Shown piece by piece: positions 1 through 13,908 of a stretch of 64,000 bases of DNA. The position numbers were made by a program, and so were the translations under genes. The first letter of the stretch is position 1. Every line of letters begins with the position of its first letter. The notes under the pieces were generated by a model that was given only the letters and a program-made list of their open reading frames with translations, was not told the DNA's origin and made no database searches. The stretch is from the human T2T-CHM13v2.0 reference genome, Homo sapiens, in NCBI RefSeq assembly GCF_009914755.1, contig NC_060934.1; one strand, 5' to 3'.

Positions 1-62
1 CTGTAGCATCTCCAGGGCCTAGCATGGTGTTTGGTACACAGCAGGTGTGCAATAAATGCTAC
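1..62 (+). mobile_element. L2 3' end fragment
   Basis: ccagggcctagcatggtg..ggtacacagcaggtgtgcaataaatg resembles the L2 3' terminus (gtgcctggcacatagtaggcgctcaataaat). Confidence 0.55.
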
Positions 63-1559
63 AGGCAGCAAAGGAGGAGCAACATATCTAGTGTCTATCG
101 AATTCTTGTTTTTCCCTTTCCTCCCAGGTTGGTGGCCACCTTGAGCTTTCCTGGTCCTGTGAGTCTTGTCCCTTCTCTGAGACCTTTAGTCCTAGCTCCC
201 CAGCTGTCCCCTGCCCCCGGCATGCTCTAGAGTCCTGAGTGCCCCCAATCTGATCATCTGTGCTGAAGGCCAGGTTATGCAGAGGCTGTTCTAGGAACAG
301 GTAGGACAAGCAGACCCCATGCCCAGGAGACTCTTGACCTGGGGAGAACCAATTCAGGCAAATCCCCTAATTCCCTGGACTGTGGTCACCAGCGACGATG
401 CTGCTTCTGCCTCCTTCGATTACCTGCCTTCCGCGGCTGCCTCCACCTCCCTCCAAAGCTGGCTTTAGGAAAATCCCAGCAGCCCAGGCTGCTCCTTCCT
501 TTGCCCTCCCCTCCATCCTTGATCCTGCCTGAGGCAGGCCAGGCCTAACCTGGACTCATACCACAGCCCCGCCCTGCCTTCCCAGCTCTGTGCTGCTAGC
601 CCTGCAGTTTTCTCCCCAAAATTGAAGCATCATCACTGTGGGAGCTTCAGCTGAAGGGAAGTTTCTCTGAGAGTCTGCAAACTGAAGCATCCCTGGGACC
701 TGGGCTTCAGCAGAAGAGGGGAGTCTGGAGGCTGTCCTGGCTCTTGCTGCTCTGGAGAGATATGTTTTCCATGAGAAAAAGCATGTCTTGCGGTGTCCAA
801 CTCAAAACCTAACTGAAGCTACTCCTGGAGGCCCTGTAGACACAAAGCTGCTTGGCCCCCAGCCCTGCCCTGGAGGCAACTGTCGGGAATCCTGTGCTGG
901 ACAGACAAGGGCTAGCCTAGAGCAGACCATCTCTGGGAGGCAATGCACCAAAGGCCTCCCGGAGGAGATGGCACCTGGGGGGATCTGCACAGATGTGCAG
1001 GAGGACATGGGTGCGGAGGGAAAGGGTGCTCCAAGAGGGAACTGTGTGAGTAAGAGCTGGGTTTGGGAAACACTTGGTCACCGGCAGAGCGTTGGCCAAC
1101 AGGAGCCTGGAAAAGATGAGCTTTCATCTACTCTGCACAGGCATTTAAATAGGTACCCCGTGCCCAGGCCCTCCTGAGTGGTGGGCACAGATGACATGAC
1201 ACCCGCCCTACCCTCAAGGGGTTCTCTCTGTCCAGGGAAGGAGGCCATGAGATTCACTGTGCCTTAACATAGTAGGTGCTCATCAAATGTGGCTGCTGGG
1301 CAAGAGCAGAGATATGTGCTGCTATTAACTTCACAGGGGCCCAGGGAGGAAGGAGAGTCCCCAGCAGGCTGGCAGGCAGCTGGGAGCCTTCCTCGGGGAA
1401 GCAAATCTGTGCTGGGCTTGGAGGGATTCTGCCCGGTGATGAGATTTGGGGAGGGAGATGAGAAGTGGCTTCTGCTGGGATGTGTCCATCCTTGGGAGGT
1501 TATCACTGATATGACAGGACTGGGAGTCTCAGTGCATGTCACTGATATGACAGCAAGTG

Positions 1560-1880
1560 CATGACAGTGTGAGCTTGCGTGTGTTTTACATTAGTGTATA
1601 AGTATGCAGTGTGCATAGGTGCGTAAAACTGTGTGTGTGTGAGCAAGAGCAAGTGCAAGTATATGTGAGTGTGTGAGATTGGGAGCACAAATGCATGTGA
1701 GAGTGCATGAATCTGTGAGCTAGTGTGTGCATGCAGTGTGCATATGTGTGTGAGGCTGAGGCTGTGTGAGTGTGAACTGGTATATGTGTTTGGATTTGAA
1801 TGTGCGTGAGTGTGCATGCCCGTGTGGCTGAGTGTGTGAGCCTGCAGGGGACTGTGACAGCGCATGTGGGTTTGAGCGTG
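1560..1880. repeat. Degenerate (TG)n-rich low-complexity tract
   Basis: Interrupted tgtg/gtga/gcat units; source of the His/Thr-rich minus-strand ORFs. Confidence 0.85.
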
Positions 1881-2489
1881 CACTGCACATCACCAGAGCC
1901 GTGCTCTGCTTGTTTTTGCAATCACTATGATTTGCTGGATTTCAGCCGAGCATTCAATCCTCCGTGAGACATAAAGAAAATGAATTTTATTCCCTGGGGA
2001 CATTGCATCCAGCCCAGGGGGACAAGTGCATGGCGTGGTCAGTGGTTACAGAGCAGCTGGCATGCTGACTTTGCTTATCAGGAGTGATGGCTCCTCTGGG
2101 GAGCACCACGGCTGGGAGCCAGAAGCCTACTGTGTGACCTTGGCCTGGTCTCTGGCCCTCTCTGGGCTTGGCTGTTTGCCCAAGTGAGAGAAGGATGCAG
2201 AGAAACAAGACTGGCAGGAGAGACCGGAACCACAGGCATGGCCTTTTCCAGGTCCACATCCTCAGCTTTGGGCTCTGTCTAGACAGGCACCCACTCCCAC
2301 AGGCTGTGGGTCTTCCCAGGAGGGCCCATGGAGCCATCTTAAGGACTTGCACTAGCAGTCAATTGGCATGCAGGAGTGTGGGTAGAAGAAAGGCAATGAG
2401 CCTCCGAGCCAGGCATTCCTGGTTCAGACCCCAGGACCACTGCTCACAGTAATACGAACTGAAGCCATCACCTAACCACCACCCCAGCA

Positions 2490-2640
2490 CTCACTCTGAG
2501 CTGCAGCTGAGTGCTCTACCTCCACCACCTCATGTGCATCTCCCAACAGCTCAAGGAGGAAGGTAGAATTAGTCCCATTTTATAGGTGGGAAAACTGAGA
2601 CTGAAAATGCCTCAGTGACATGCTCTGAGCTAAGGGGTGG
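2490..2640 (-). mobile_element. MIR SINE fragment
   Basis: cccattttataggtgggaaaactgagactg, reverse complement of the MIR core. Confidence 0.6.
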
Positions 2641-4090
2641 CTCTGACCACCTGCTGAGCTGCCTTCCTGGGCTTCACATCTGCGGAATGAGAGTAGTGAT
2701 GTCAGCTTGGTGGACTTGTCTTGGGCTGAATGAGACACTGTGGGTGGGGAGGGGCCAGCACGGAACCTGGCTCTCAGTGACCATGCTGTGAGTGGCCCCG
2801 GGCTCCTCTGGGTAGGAGAGGCCCTGGGAGGAAGGAAGGAGGCCTGGACCTCTGGGAGCCCCACTTGCTAGCTGCCTCAACCTGGATGAGGACTGGGCTG
2901 AGATGAGGGCTGAGGGTGGGGTCCCAAGGGAGGATCGGGTCTTATACTATCCCCTTCACCGTGGTGAAAACAGACACTGAAGCCTTCAGAACACAGCCCT
3001 GAAGCACGTTCCACCCCAGGGTGCTGACCAGGGGCAGGAGGAAGCAGCCCTGTGTCCACAGGCCTTGTCTCCCCAGTGGCCTCCTGAGAATGGCACAGAG
3101 CAGAAACCTTCCCCCTGCCCCCAGCCCACTGAGGATCCAGGTGCCCCTAATTAAACCCCAGGAAGGGAGGTGGCAACAGGAGAGGTTAATTGGCCGGGCC
3201 TGGTATGGCCTGATAAGCCTCTGTCTATGTTCCTGGGGAAGGTGGGGTGTGAGTTGTGAATGTGCTCATGCATCTAATTGCGGGGTCACCCACCCCCCGG
3301 CTCTGTAATCTCCACGGAGCCCGAGGCTACCAGCTCCCCTACCACAGGGCCCCCTTGGTCAGTCTCCCCGCTTCCAACCTAGAAATTGGTCACCCCTCTG
3401 CAGCCTTGTACTGAGAGCCACCTGCCCCCAACCTCAGTCACCTGGCCCCGCACACAGCTCCAGCTAATCCTTGACCTTGAGGGGATGCTTGATTACAGTC
3501 AGGGCTCTGGCTATCAGGCCCAGGTCTTCTCTCCGGAGGTCCCTTTCTCACTGGAATGGTGTGTGGATGTGGGGGCATTTGGGGGAAAGCTGGGGACTCT
3601 GTTCAGGGATGTCCTTGAAAATCTCAAGATAAAAACATATGTGAATGGAGCAAAGATAGTCTTTTCAACAAATGGTGCTGGAATAACTGGACCATCCACA
3701 CGCAAAAAAAAAAAAAAAAAAAAGGATCTAGACACAAATCTTATACTGTTCAAAAAATTAACTCAAAACCGATTAAAGACTTAAATGTAAAATGCAAAAC
3801 TATAAAACTCCTAGAAGATAACATAGAAGAAAACCTAGATGACCTTGGGTATGGCAATAACTTTTTAGATATGAAACTGGAGGCATAGTCCATGAAAGAA
3901 ATAATTGATAAGTTGGCCTTCATTAGAATTAAAATAAAAACTTCTGCCCTGTGAAAGACACTGCCAAGAGAATGAGAAGACCAGCTACAAACTGGGAGAA
4001 AATATTTGCAAAAGACACAGTTGATAAAGGACTGGTATCCAAAATATACAAAGAACTCTTAGAACTCAACAATAAGGAAACACAAACAAT

Positions 4091-4377
4091 GGCCAGGCAT
4101 GGTGGCTCATGCCTGTAATCCCAGCAATTTAGAAGGCTGAGGCAGGTGGATTACTTGAGCTCAGGACCTGGGCAACATGGCAAACCCCCAAAATCTCTAC
4201 AAAAAAATGCAAAAAAAAAAAAATTAGCCAGGCATGGTGACATGTGCCTGTAGTCCCAGCTACTCAGGAGGCTGAGGTGGGAGGATCGTTTGAGCCCAGG
4301 AGATAGATAGAGGCTGCAGTGAGTCAACTTCGTGCCACCACACTCCAGTCTGGGTGATGGAACTGAAACCTTGTCTC
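4091..4377 (+). mobile_element. Alu (AluJ-like)
   Basis: ggccaggcatggtggctcatgcctgtaatcccagc start; ggaggatcgtttgagcccagg (J-type); dimeric. Confidence 0.93.
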
Positions 4378-4408
4378 AGAAAGAGAGAAAGAAAGGAAGA
4401 AAGGAAGA

Positions 4409-4459
<51 letters not shown>

Positions 4460-4509
4460 AAGAAAGAAAGAAAGGAAGGAAGGAAGGAAGGAAGGAAGGA
4501 AGGGAGGGA

Positions 4510-4573
<64 letters not shown>

Positions 4574-4724
4574 AAAGAAAGGAAAGAAAGGAGAAAGAAA
4601 GGAAAGAAGAAAGAAAGAAAGAAAGAGAAAGAAAGAAGAAAGAAAGAGAGAGAGAGGGAGGGAGGAAGGGAGGAAGGGAGGAAGGGAGGAAGGGAGGAAG
4701 GAAGGAAGGAAGGAAGGAAGGAAA
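4378..4724 (+). repeat. Compound pure-purine microsatellite (GAAA)n/(GA)n/(GGAA)n from the Alu tail
   Basis: 347 nt containing only A and G on the + strand. Confidence 0.97.
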
Positions 4725-5390
4725 CAACCCATTTTAAAAATGGGCAAAAGACCTGAACAGACACCTCACCAAAGAAGATGTACAAATATCAAATAAGCAT
4801 ATGAAAAGATGTTCAAAATCATACATTATTAAGGAATTGCAAACTAAACCAACAATAAGATACCACTCCACACCTCTTAGCATGGCAAAAATCCAAAAAC
4901 ACTGACAACACCAAATGCTGGCAAGGATGTAGAGTAACAGAAACTCTCATTCATTGCTGGTAGGAATGCAAAAAGCTACAGCTACTTTGGAAGACAGTTT
5001 TGACAGTTTCTTATCAAACTAAACGCACTTTTATCATATATCCAGCAATCGTGCTCTTTGATATTTACTGAAATGAATTGAAAACTTATGTCTGCACAAA
5101 AACTTGCACATGGCTATTTATAGCAGCTTTATTCATATGTGTCAAAATTTGGAAGCAACTAAGATGTCTTTGAGTAAGTGAATGGATAAACTGTGATACA
5201 TTCAAACAATGAAAATATTATTCAGCACTAAAAAAGAATGAGTTATGAAGCCATGAAAAGACATGGAGGAAACTGAAGTGCATTTTAATAAGTGAAAGAA
5301 ATCAATCTGAAAAGGCCACGTATTGTAAGATTCCAGCTACATGCCATTCTGGAAAAGGCAAAACTATGGAGACAGTAAAAAGATCAGTGG

Positions 5391-5742
<352 letters not shown>

Positions 5743-6154
5743 TTAGGAAAGTGAAATTACCTTGCATGATAAAATAATTGTGATTGCGTGTCATTATACA
5801 TTTTCCAAAACCCCTGGAATGTACAACACCAAGAGCGAAGCCTGCTGTAAACTGTGGACTCTGGGTGATGATGACATGTCATCATAGGTTCATCGATCAC
5901 AACAAATGTACCACTCTGGAGTGGGATTTTGATGGTGGGGAAGGTGGAAGGGACAGGAGGTATATGGAAAATCTCTGTACCTTCTGCTCAATTTTGCTGT
6001 TGAGTCTTAAACTGCTTTTGAAAATAAAGTCTATTTTAAAAAATTATTGCATTAAATATACTTAAATTTGATTCCTGTTTTGATCTTAAATCCATGCAAC
6101 ATGACCCAGTAACATTTCCTCTGACAGGTCATTGGAACTCTATTATTCCTGCTG

Positions 6155-6390
6155 GGATTATTATTACTAAGTTATTGAATTATCTGTCAGGCACTGTGCT
6201 AAGCAGTTGACTCTGATCATCTAATCTGACCCTCATAACGTGCCCTGAGGTCGGAACTGGTGCCCCACTTTATAGATGAAACAACTGATGCCTAGAGAGG
6301 TGAGCCGACATGCCCACAGTTGCACAGGTGTCAGTGATAGAGCTAGGATTTGAACCAAGGTTTGTCTGGGTCCAGAGCCTGAACACCACA
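6155..6390 (-). mobile_element. MIR SINE
   Basis: caggcactgtgctaagc..cccactttatagatgaaacaactgatgcctagagagg..ggatttgaaccaagg. Confidence 0.8.
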
Positions 6391-7031
6391 TGCCATGCAA
6401 ACAGAACAATAACCATTCATAGTGATAAACACTGCATTTTTTTCATCGTGCTCTCATTTGTTTTCATTGTTCCCATTTTAGAAGGTGGACACTAGCCAGA
6501 GAGCTGAGGTACCTTGCCCTGCTTAGTTCCTTTGCAATCACACCCTTGTTTCTGGAGCTCTCTCCCCAGTCTCTGGAGTCTCAGAGGTGTCATAGGAGTG
6601 AAGGAAAATGTCAAGAATATTAAATTTATAATTGAGTAAAACCTGGGGAGAATGGTTAAATCATGATCTAATATTTCCCAAATGGTTCATCGACATTTTA
6701 AAGACATGTCGAATTCTACGGCTTGCACATCCTGAGAGTGCAGATGAAAAGTTGGATGTTTATACTGGAGGCGAGCTGCTGAGCGGCACTAAAATGCCAG
6801 CAGCACAGATTTGAACCCAGAGCAACACTCCTCACCCTTGCAGTGACCTTTCAAGTTCATTCTATGGGTGAGGCTCAAGTGGGACATGGAGATCCAGATG
6901 TGTTTACATAAGCATACTTAATTGCAAAGGTATAAGAACACCTGATTATGACTGATGCCAATCCATTTCTAGATATCAAGTTCCAGATGTCTTTCAGTAT
7001 AAAAACTGACTTCAAAAATATGTGCCTTCCT

Positions 7032-7330
7032 GGCCGGGCATAGTGGCTCACGCCTGTAATCCCAGCACTTTGGGAGGCCGAGGCAGGTGGATCACCTGAG
7101 GTCAGGAGTTTGAAACCAGCCTGGCCAACATGGTGAAACCCTGTTTCTACTAAAAATACAAAAATTGGCCAGGCGTGGTGGCGGGTGCCTGTAATCCCAG
7201 CTACATGGGAGGCTGAGGCAGGAAAATCGCTTGAACCTGGGAGGCGGAGCTTTCAGTGAGCCGAGATTGCGCCACTGCACTCCAGCCTGGGCGACGGTGT
7301 GAGACTCCATCTAAAAAAAAAAAAAAAGTC
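7032..7330 (+). mobile_element. Alu (AluSx-like) with 19-bp TSD
   Basis: gatcacctgaggtcaggagtt; TSD caaaaatatgtgccttcct at 7013-7031 and 7331-7349. Confidence 0.96.
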
Positions 7331-7349
7331 CAAAAATATGTGCCTTCCT

Positions 7350-8243
7350 AGCACCCAGGTCTTGGTTTCCAAATACTGTTTGCCAATAAAAGGAACCAGG
7401 ACTCCTTGGAGAGATGGCTGGTCCTAGGGCTGGTAAGAGATTGTACTAGATGACCCTGGAGGATTTTGTGGGGCCAGAAAGTAAGGTAGTGCAAAAACAA
7501 ACAAAAATACAAAAAAAAAAAAAAAACAAATGAAAAGCAGCAGTATGATTGACATATATGTATATATATGATGGGGCTCATGTCAAAAGAACAGAGGAAT
7601 CCATCTGCAAGAGTTTTGAAGGCCCAAGCTGCAACAATCTGAGCAACACAATATATAACAAGAGTACTGAATCCTAACAAATAATGTAGAAGGAATGAGA
7701 AATCAAAAGTCACCATTAGGACACACAGTAGGAACGTCTGCAGGCCGGATCCAGCAGTGGAAGGTAAAGTTAGTGGGCAAATCTTCAAGGAGAAGCAGGA
7801 CACTGCAGAGCCTCCAAGTGTCTCCCCCAAACATATTAATCACTGCGGTAGTTTTAACAGATGTGTACGCATTAATATATACGAAGGTAGAAGTAGAGCT
7901 GAAGCTTAATTCCTCTATTCTTGAGTGTGGGCTACTCTTAGCAACTTGCTTCTAATAATAGAATAAGAAGAGGGGAAAACAACACCGCAGTGGAGAAAGC
8001 TGGCAGATACGGCTTAGCCCAGCGATCAAGGTTAGCGTCACCAGTGCTAAGTCCTGTTGATGTGTGCACCCCTGCTGTGATGTGAAAGAGATCCACAGTG
8101 AAACCCACAGTGTTGCACCAGGAGAAACACTGTGAACATTAGCAGGAGCATTAGGGGGAGCTGGGTGAAGAGTGCACAGGAACTCTGTGCTATCTTTGAA
8201 CCCTTCTGTAAATCTAAAATTATTTTAGAATAAAACATTTTAA
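7350..8243 (+). mobile_element. L1 3'UTR fragment (L1MC4/L1MD-like)
   Basis: tagcacccaggtcttggtttccaaatac..aaaggaaccaggactccttggaga; ends ctgtaaatctaaaattattttagaataaaa. Confidence 0.75.
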
Positions 8244-8709
8244 AGAAACACATGCCTTGTTCTGGGTTCAGGATCTCCAAAAGGTTGAAATATTGGCCTT
8301 AAATGAGGAGAAGAATGTAAAAAAAAAAAAAAAATAGCCAGGCTATTTCAAAAGCAGTAAATCCAATCTTTGGTTCCCTCTGCAATATATACTTTGCATA
8401 CATATAACTATGTATCAGTAAAATGGGATCATGCTATATGCACTGTTTTACAGCCTGCTTTATTAGTAACAAACCATTGTGAGAGATCCGTAAGGTTTAT
8501 CACAAACGTTGCCAGGGACTACAGTTTAGAGGGGCTCTCCAAGACTTTCTGGAAACCTCCTTGTGCTCTGTGGAAGTTCTGTGGCCTCCCCACCTAGCAT
8601 TGCCCCAGCCCATGTTATAGAGATCAGCACCCCATAACACAGGACAAAATCCTGGAGATGCTGTCTGGGAGCTGTCCTGAGAACTTCCTGAAAAAAAAAA
8701 AAAAAAAAA

Positions 8710-9090
8710 AAGACTCTGAGCCAGAAGTCAGGAGACCTGGCAATGCATCCCTAAGGGAAGCCACGTGCTCTCTCTGAGCCTGTTTCTTCATCTGTGAAAT
8801 GCAGAGATGATTTCAGGCTTTGCTTCTCTCCCGGGACCCCTGGAGGTTCCAAAGTAGGCTGGCCATGAGGAAAATATGACATCAGCTCTACCTCTGAGCA
8901 CCAGGATTCAAAACCCTAGTTTGCCCCTTCCTGCCTGGACACCATTAGTGAGTGGTTTAACCTCTGGGCCTCAGTTTCCTCACCTACAAGTGGGGCTGAC
9001 ATCAATACCCACTTCACGGGGAGTGAATGAGCTCTCTTGTGTTCAGAAGGCTGAGCACGGTGCCTGGGAGAAGGTGGTTGCCATCAGTGG
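8710..9090 (+). mobile_element. Two MIR fragments
   Basis: ctctctgagcctgtttcttcatctgtgaaatg and aacctctgggcctcagtttcctcacctacaag..gcacggtgcctgg. Confidence 0.7.
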
Positions 9091-12000
9091 CAGATACAGT
9101 GATAGCTACTTTGGTGTTGACCGAGCGCCCCACAGCAAGCCTGGGGCTTCCCAGCACAGCGGTGTGGCACTCTGTGATGCCAGTGGTGGCGGCAGCCCTG
9201 CCTTCTCCTTGGAACCAGCCCCAACTGGCATAGTCTGTGATCCACTCACTTGACGGCCAGCTCCCAGATGGCCTGTGTCTCCTGGCCCAAGACCCAGCTC
9301 CTGTGGGCATCTCAAAGCTGCCAGCGTGGACAGAACGTGGGCTGCCCAGAGAACAGGCCTATAGGGGCTGTGCGCCAGGGCTGGAGAGGGCTGGGGAGGG
9401 ACAGGCCAACCCCAAACCTCTGCCAGCCTCCCTGGAGATGTCACAGGTTTAGCAGGGGCTGCTTGACACATGTCGGATAAAATAAGAAAAAATAAATAAC
9501 AATGTTTATAAGAAGATTAGCGAGAAGGCGGCAAAATTTCTCTAGGGAGCCTCCTTGGCTGCATCTCAGAATGACAGCTCCCATTGCCTTATCAGAGACA
9601 TAATGAGTTGCCAGGATTTGGGGTCATTAAAAATCCTCCTGGGCTGGGCCCCCTCCCTCGCCCATTGCCTTTGATGGTGGAGACAGGGGGCCTCGTGGTG
9701 GCTCAGGTCCCCTGCCCCCACTGCGCTGTCTGCCCATCACTGTCCCTGTCTGCAGGGGTACAGAGGTGAGATGGTGGAGCCCAGCTTGGCGGAAGTAATG
9801 CAACACGACGGCCCAATTTGTGCCCTTGGCCCCTCGGGCAGAGAACTCGTCTCCCTGGTGCGGATTAGGCTCCGTTTTATCTCCGCTCCTTCAGAGACAA
9901 AAGGGGGGCTCTGCATAGGCGCATAGCCATGAGGCATCCGCGACTCCAGCCTGCGTTGTGCGGTAAGGAGCCTGCCACCCATATTATCCAATGCCTCGCT
10001 TGGCACATGGGGAAACTGAGGTTCGGGCAGAGGCAGTGTACATAGGTTGCAGCATCGTGGGGGCAGAGTCAGGCTTTGGACACAGGTCTCGGGATTCCCA
10101 GCCCGAGGTTGGGTGTGTGCTCATGAATGACTGCATGTTTGTACAGGGAGCAGAATGGAGGAGCGCGATGATAGGATGTACAGAAAATTGAATTCAGCGA
10201 GAACAAATGTGTATTGATCTTCTGCAAAGTGCAAGTCACGGGGAGAGACATGGAGGGGCTCAGAAACAAGGGAGACACAAGCTTCAGCCCCCAGTCCAGC
10301 AGGAGGGATGGATGCTAACGCCAGTGTCCAGAGGCCAGTATCTGCCATGCACACATGCAAATCCCCATCCCAGACAGCCTGACCCGTTCCTCCATCCCTA
10401 TCAGTGCCACAGAGAAAGAGCTCCTGCCTTTAATCACCTCCCTCTTGGTCACAAAGCTTATCTTCAAGGAGCTCAAAGCACTTGTAGTGTATTGATTTTC
10501 TCAACCACTCACTGGCCCCACTTCCCTTGAGGGATGAGGAGTTTGGAGGAGAGAGGATTACCCTTGTGTTTCAATTCAGCAAGCTGAGGCTGGGGGCAGC
10601 TCCACTGGGTGGCCCCCTATGGCACCACTGGCCCACATGGTACCTTTGTGCTCTCGGTAGATTGTCCCACACTGGGGAGTGTGGCTTGGCGACAAGAGTG
10701 AAGCTGGATTCCAGCCCCCATAATCACCCCCTCAGACAAGCAGCTTTGTGCAGTTAACAACCTGCCCAACTGTATGTGGCAGGCTTGCTGTCGAAACTAA
10801 CTGCCCAGGTTGGTCCTGAGGTCTCTCCCAGCCAGACGAGGGCCTCTGGTAAAATGGTAAAAGCAGGAGGGTCCTCTTGATTCTGGGAAGAACCCTTAAC
10901 CCCCTCTGGCATGAGTTTTCTGATGTGTAAACAGGGTGTGATAAGAGGTAGTTGGGCTGATTTGATGAGATGCTAGATGTTTCTACGTTTTAAACTACAA
11001 AGTGCTACATAAATATTAATTTTGGTTAGAGCTGGTCACCCACATGCTCCTTCTCAGACCTGTACCTGCCACGCTCCAGGGTGTGTCTACCAGGTTTCAT
11101 CCCAGAAGACCCAGCCCAGCTCAGGTCTCCCCTGTCAGCAGGCTGGGGTCACTAAACTCACAGAAGCCAGGAAGCTGAAGTCCCTGTGTCATTCTCCATC
11201 GTGGCCACACTGAGGAAGGACAGGGACAGCTCCCTTTCCCAGGCAGGAAAGCCAGGCCCCTGCCTGCCAGGTCAGGTCCACCCCACCCCCAGCAGTGACC
11301 TCCTCAAATCTGCCGCCCCTCCTCTCTCAGCCTTTGCTGCCACAGCTCCTCAGCGGTTTCGGCTGGAGGGGATCTGAAATCACAGGGGAGCCGTAGTCCA
11401 ATCTTTCCTTCTAGAGTCAGGGCAGTAGAGTAGAGGGAGCATACGGTCCCACCACGGAGTGAAGACCGGAGCCCAGGCCCTGACCAAGAGCCCTGCTCTT
11501 TCTGCAGCTCCGGGGACTCCTCCAGGGCAGGGCCACAAGAAGATGTCACTTTTCTCAGCAGAAATCTGTTTCAGTGTCTTCCAGTCTAATTCCAGAGCTC
11601 AGAGTCTCTCTGCTTACTTTAGCCCAGCCCTGAGGCATTGCAGAGGGCTCTGGGATGTTCCCAGAAACTCAAACCTGGGCTTCCATTGTGGGGGAAGGAA
11701 GGACACCCCAGGCTCAGAACAGGTAGATGGGCTGGCCAAATCCCCATTCAGGACTGGGGTCAGCCAGCTGCATCTCACTCAGGCCTGGTCTCTGTCGATG
11801 CAGCTTGCTTCATCACAGACCCAGGCAAGCCCCTCCAGGACCCCCACGCCCAGCTGGGATGGCCAAAGCAATGCAGCCACCTGGGGACACTGAGGATTTC
11901 AGGGCTGCTGGGTGGTTTCCTTTCTGAAGCTGTAGCTCACAACCCCTGGCTCTCTGGTGGCCTGGGGCAGCCAGCCTGGCCCTCAGCCCCGGTGCTGGGC

Positions 12001-12189
12001 CCTATGCCGGCTCTCCATCAGCCATGAGGGGTTTCAGTGCCATGCTCACCAGCAATCACAGAATGGCAGAGTTAGCATATAATTTACTTTTGAAAAATAA
12101 ATTAGAGTTGATTCAAGGCCACCCCTGGAATGCTGCCCCTCTCAACTGCTTGCATTCTGATGCTAACACGGGAGACCTTGATAATAGCG

Positions 12190-12395
12190 ATAATAAGCAA
12201 TAGCTGGTATTTATGGGGTACTTACTCCGTGCCAGTCACTATGCTGAGTGCTCTGTCTGCAGGATCTTGACTCTTCCTCTAACAATGCTGAAAGGCAGTG
12301 ACTACTGCTACCCCCATTCTTCAGATGGGAACACAGTCTCAGAGGCATCACCCTTGCCAGCAGCTGCAATAGGGTTTGGACCCAGGCCTCTCAGT
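12190..12395 (-). mobile_element. MIR SINE
   Basis: tatttatggggtacttactccgtgccagtcactatgctgagtgc..cccattcttcagatggg. Confidence 0.75.
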
Positions 12396-13605
12396 CACTG
12401 GGTGGAGTCCAGGAAGACTCCAGAAACTGTTTCTGACCCAGTGCCACAGTGTGCGCTGCACTTGGGAGGGTCACCGTGCTGGAGGTCTTGATAGAAGGCC
12501 CGGCCCCCCTGCAGTTCCCTGGGCAGTGCCAGAGTCCGGGGAGCCCCTCCATGGTGGAGCCCCTGCCTCCTCCCAACAGCCTTTCGCTCCCTATCTGTTT
12601 CAGCCACTCAAATACTATCTTCCTTCCCTCTTCTTCCCCCATGACAACACGAGTCATGGCCTGCACGGCGGGCTTTGCGTATCTGCTTGAGAGAGACCAG
12701 CTGACAAGTTCTGTTCTGTTTGGGGATCCAAAGCTCATTAACTTCACAGAACATTCTAGCTGCTTTGGTCTGGTGGGACAGGCACAGGTGGGGTGCGTTC
12801 CAGGAGACAGTGAACATGTGGAAGGCCTGAGCTTCACCACTCTCTCCCTCCCACCCCCACCAGGGCCTGAAAGCACTTTTCTCTTTCCAGGGCTTCCTGG
12901 GAATTGCTTATCTTAATTTACGTGGGGAAACTGAGGCTGTTTTCCCTGCAATCAAGTGCCTCCTCCTCTTTGTCCTAGAGATGGCCAGAGAAAACCCTGG
13001 CCCCTACATTTCTCAGGGCTGAGGAGGAGAGAGAGGAAACAGAGGACATAGAGCTGGGAGCATTTGTTTTTCCTCCACAAAGCAACTCATTTCTTTAGGC
13101 AAATGAGCTGGAGAGGGGAAGACACCGCTGGAGACCAGCAGTGATTAATTACAAAGGAAATGAGTGGCCAGCACAGCCAGGGCTTGGGGCGGGAGGCAGG
13201 GACAGGAGGGTGGGCTTGGGGCTGGCTTGGCAGCACCAGGGCCCAGGGAGGCCTGAACAAGTGCAGGCTGAGCTCAAGGAGTGCCTGCCTGGCGGACCAA
13301 GGGACACAGGGGCCGGCCTCCAGGAGGCAGAGAGGACACACTCACACAGAGCAGGCGAGACCCGAGGCTGAGAGGAGGAGGCAGGAGGGTGTGCAGGGAG
13401 CCCGGACATTTCCTTCCAGGATGTCCACTTGCTGCCCACCCAGGTCCCAGGCCACCAGCATCTCCTCCAGGTCCTGCCTTGTCCAGATGCTTCTCTTGCC
13501 TTTACATCTAGCTTTGCCCCATCCAGCATTGTCACACTACTCTCACTTAGATCCCAGGCCCTCTTGTGCCATTCCCTGACAAATGATATTAGAAGGATAA
13601 TGTGA

Positions 13606-13908
<303 letters not shown>

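Noticed and set aside
1503-1553. 15-bp direct repeat tcactgatatgacag as a CRISPR-like array or TSD
   Set aside because: Only two copies at the edge of a low-complexity tract; simple slippage, and the DNA is eukaryotic
4260-4796. K/E/R-rich and F/L/S-rich ORFs of 120-155 aa
   Set aside because: Translations of the purine microsatellite
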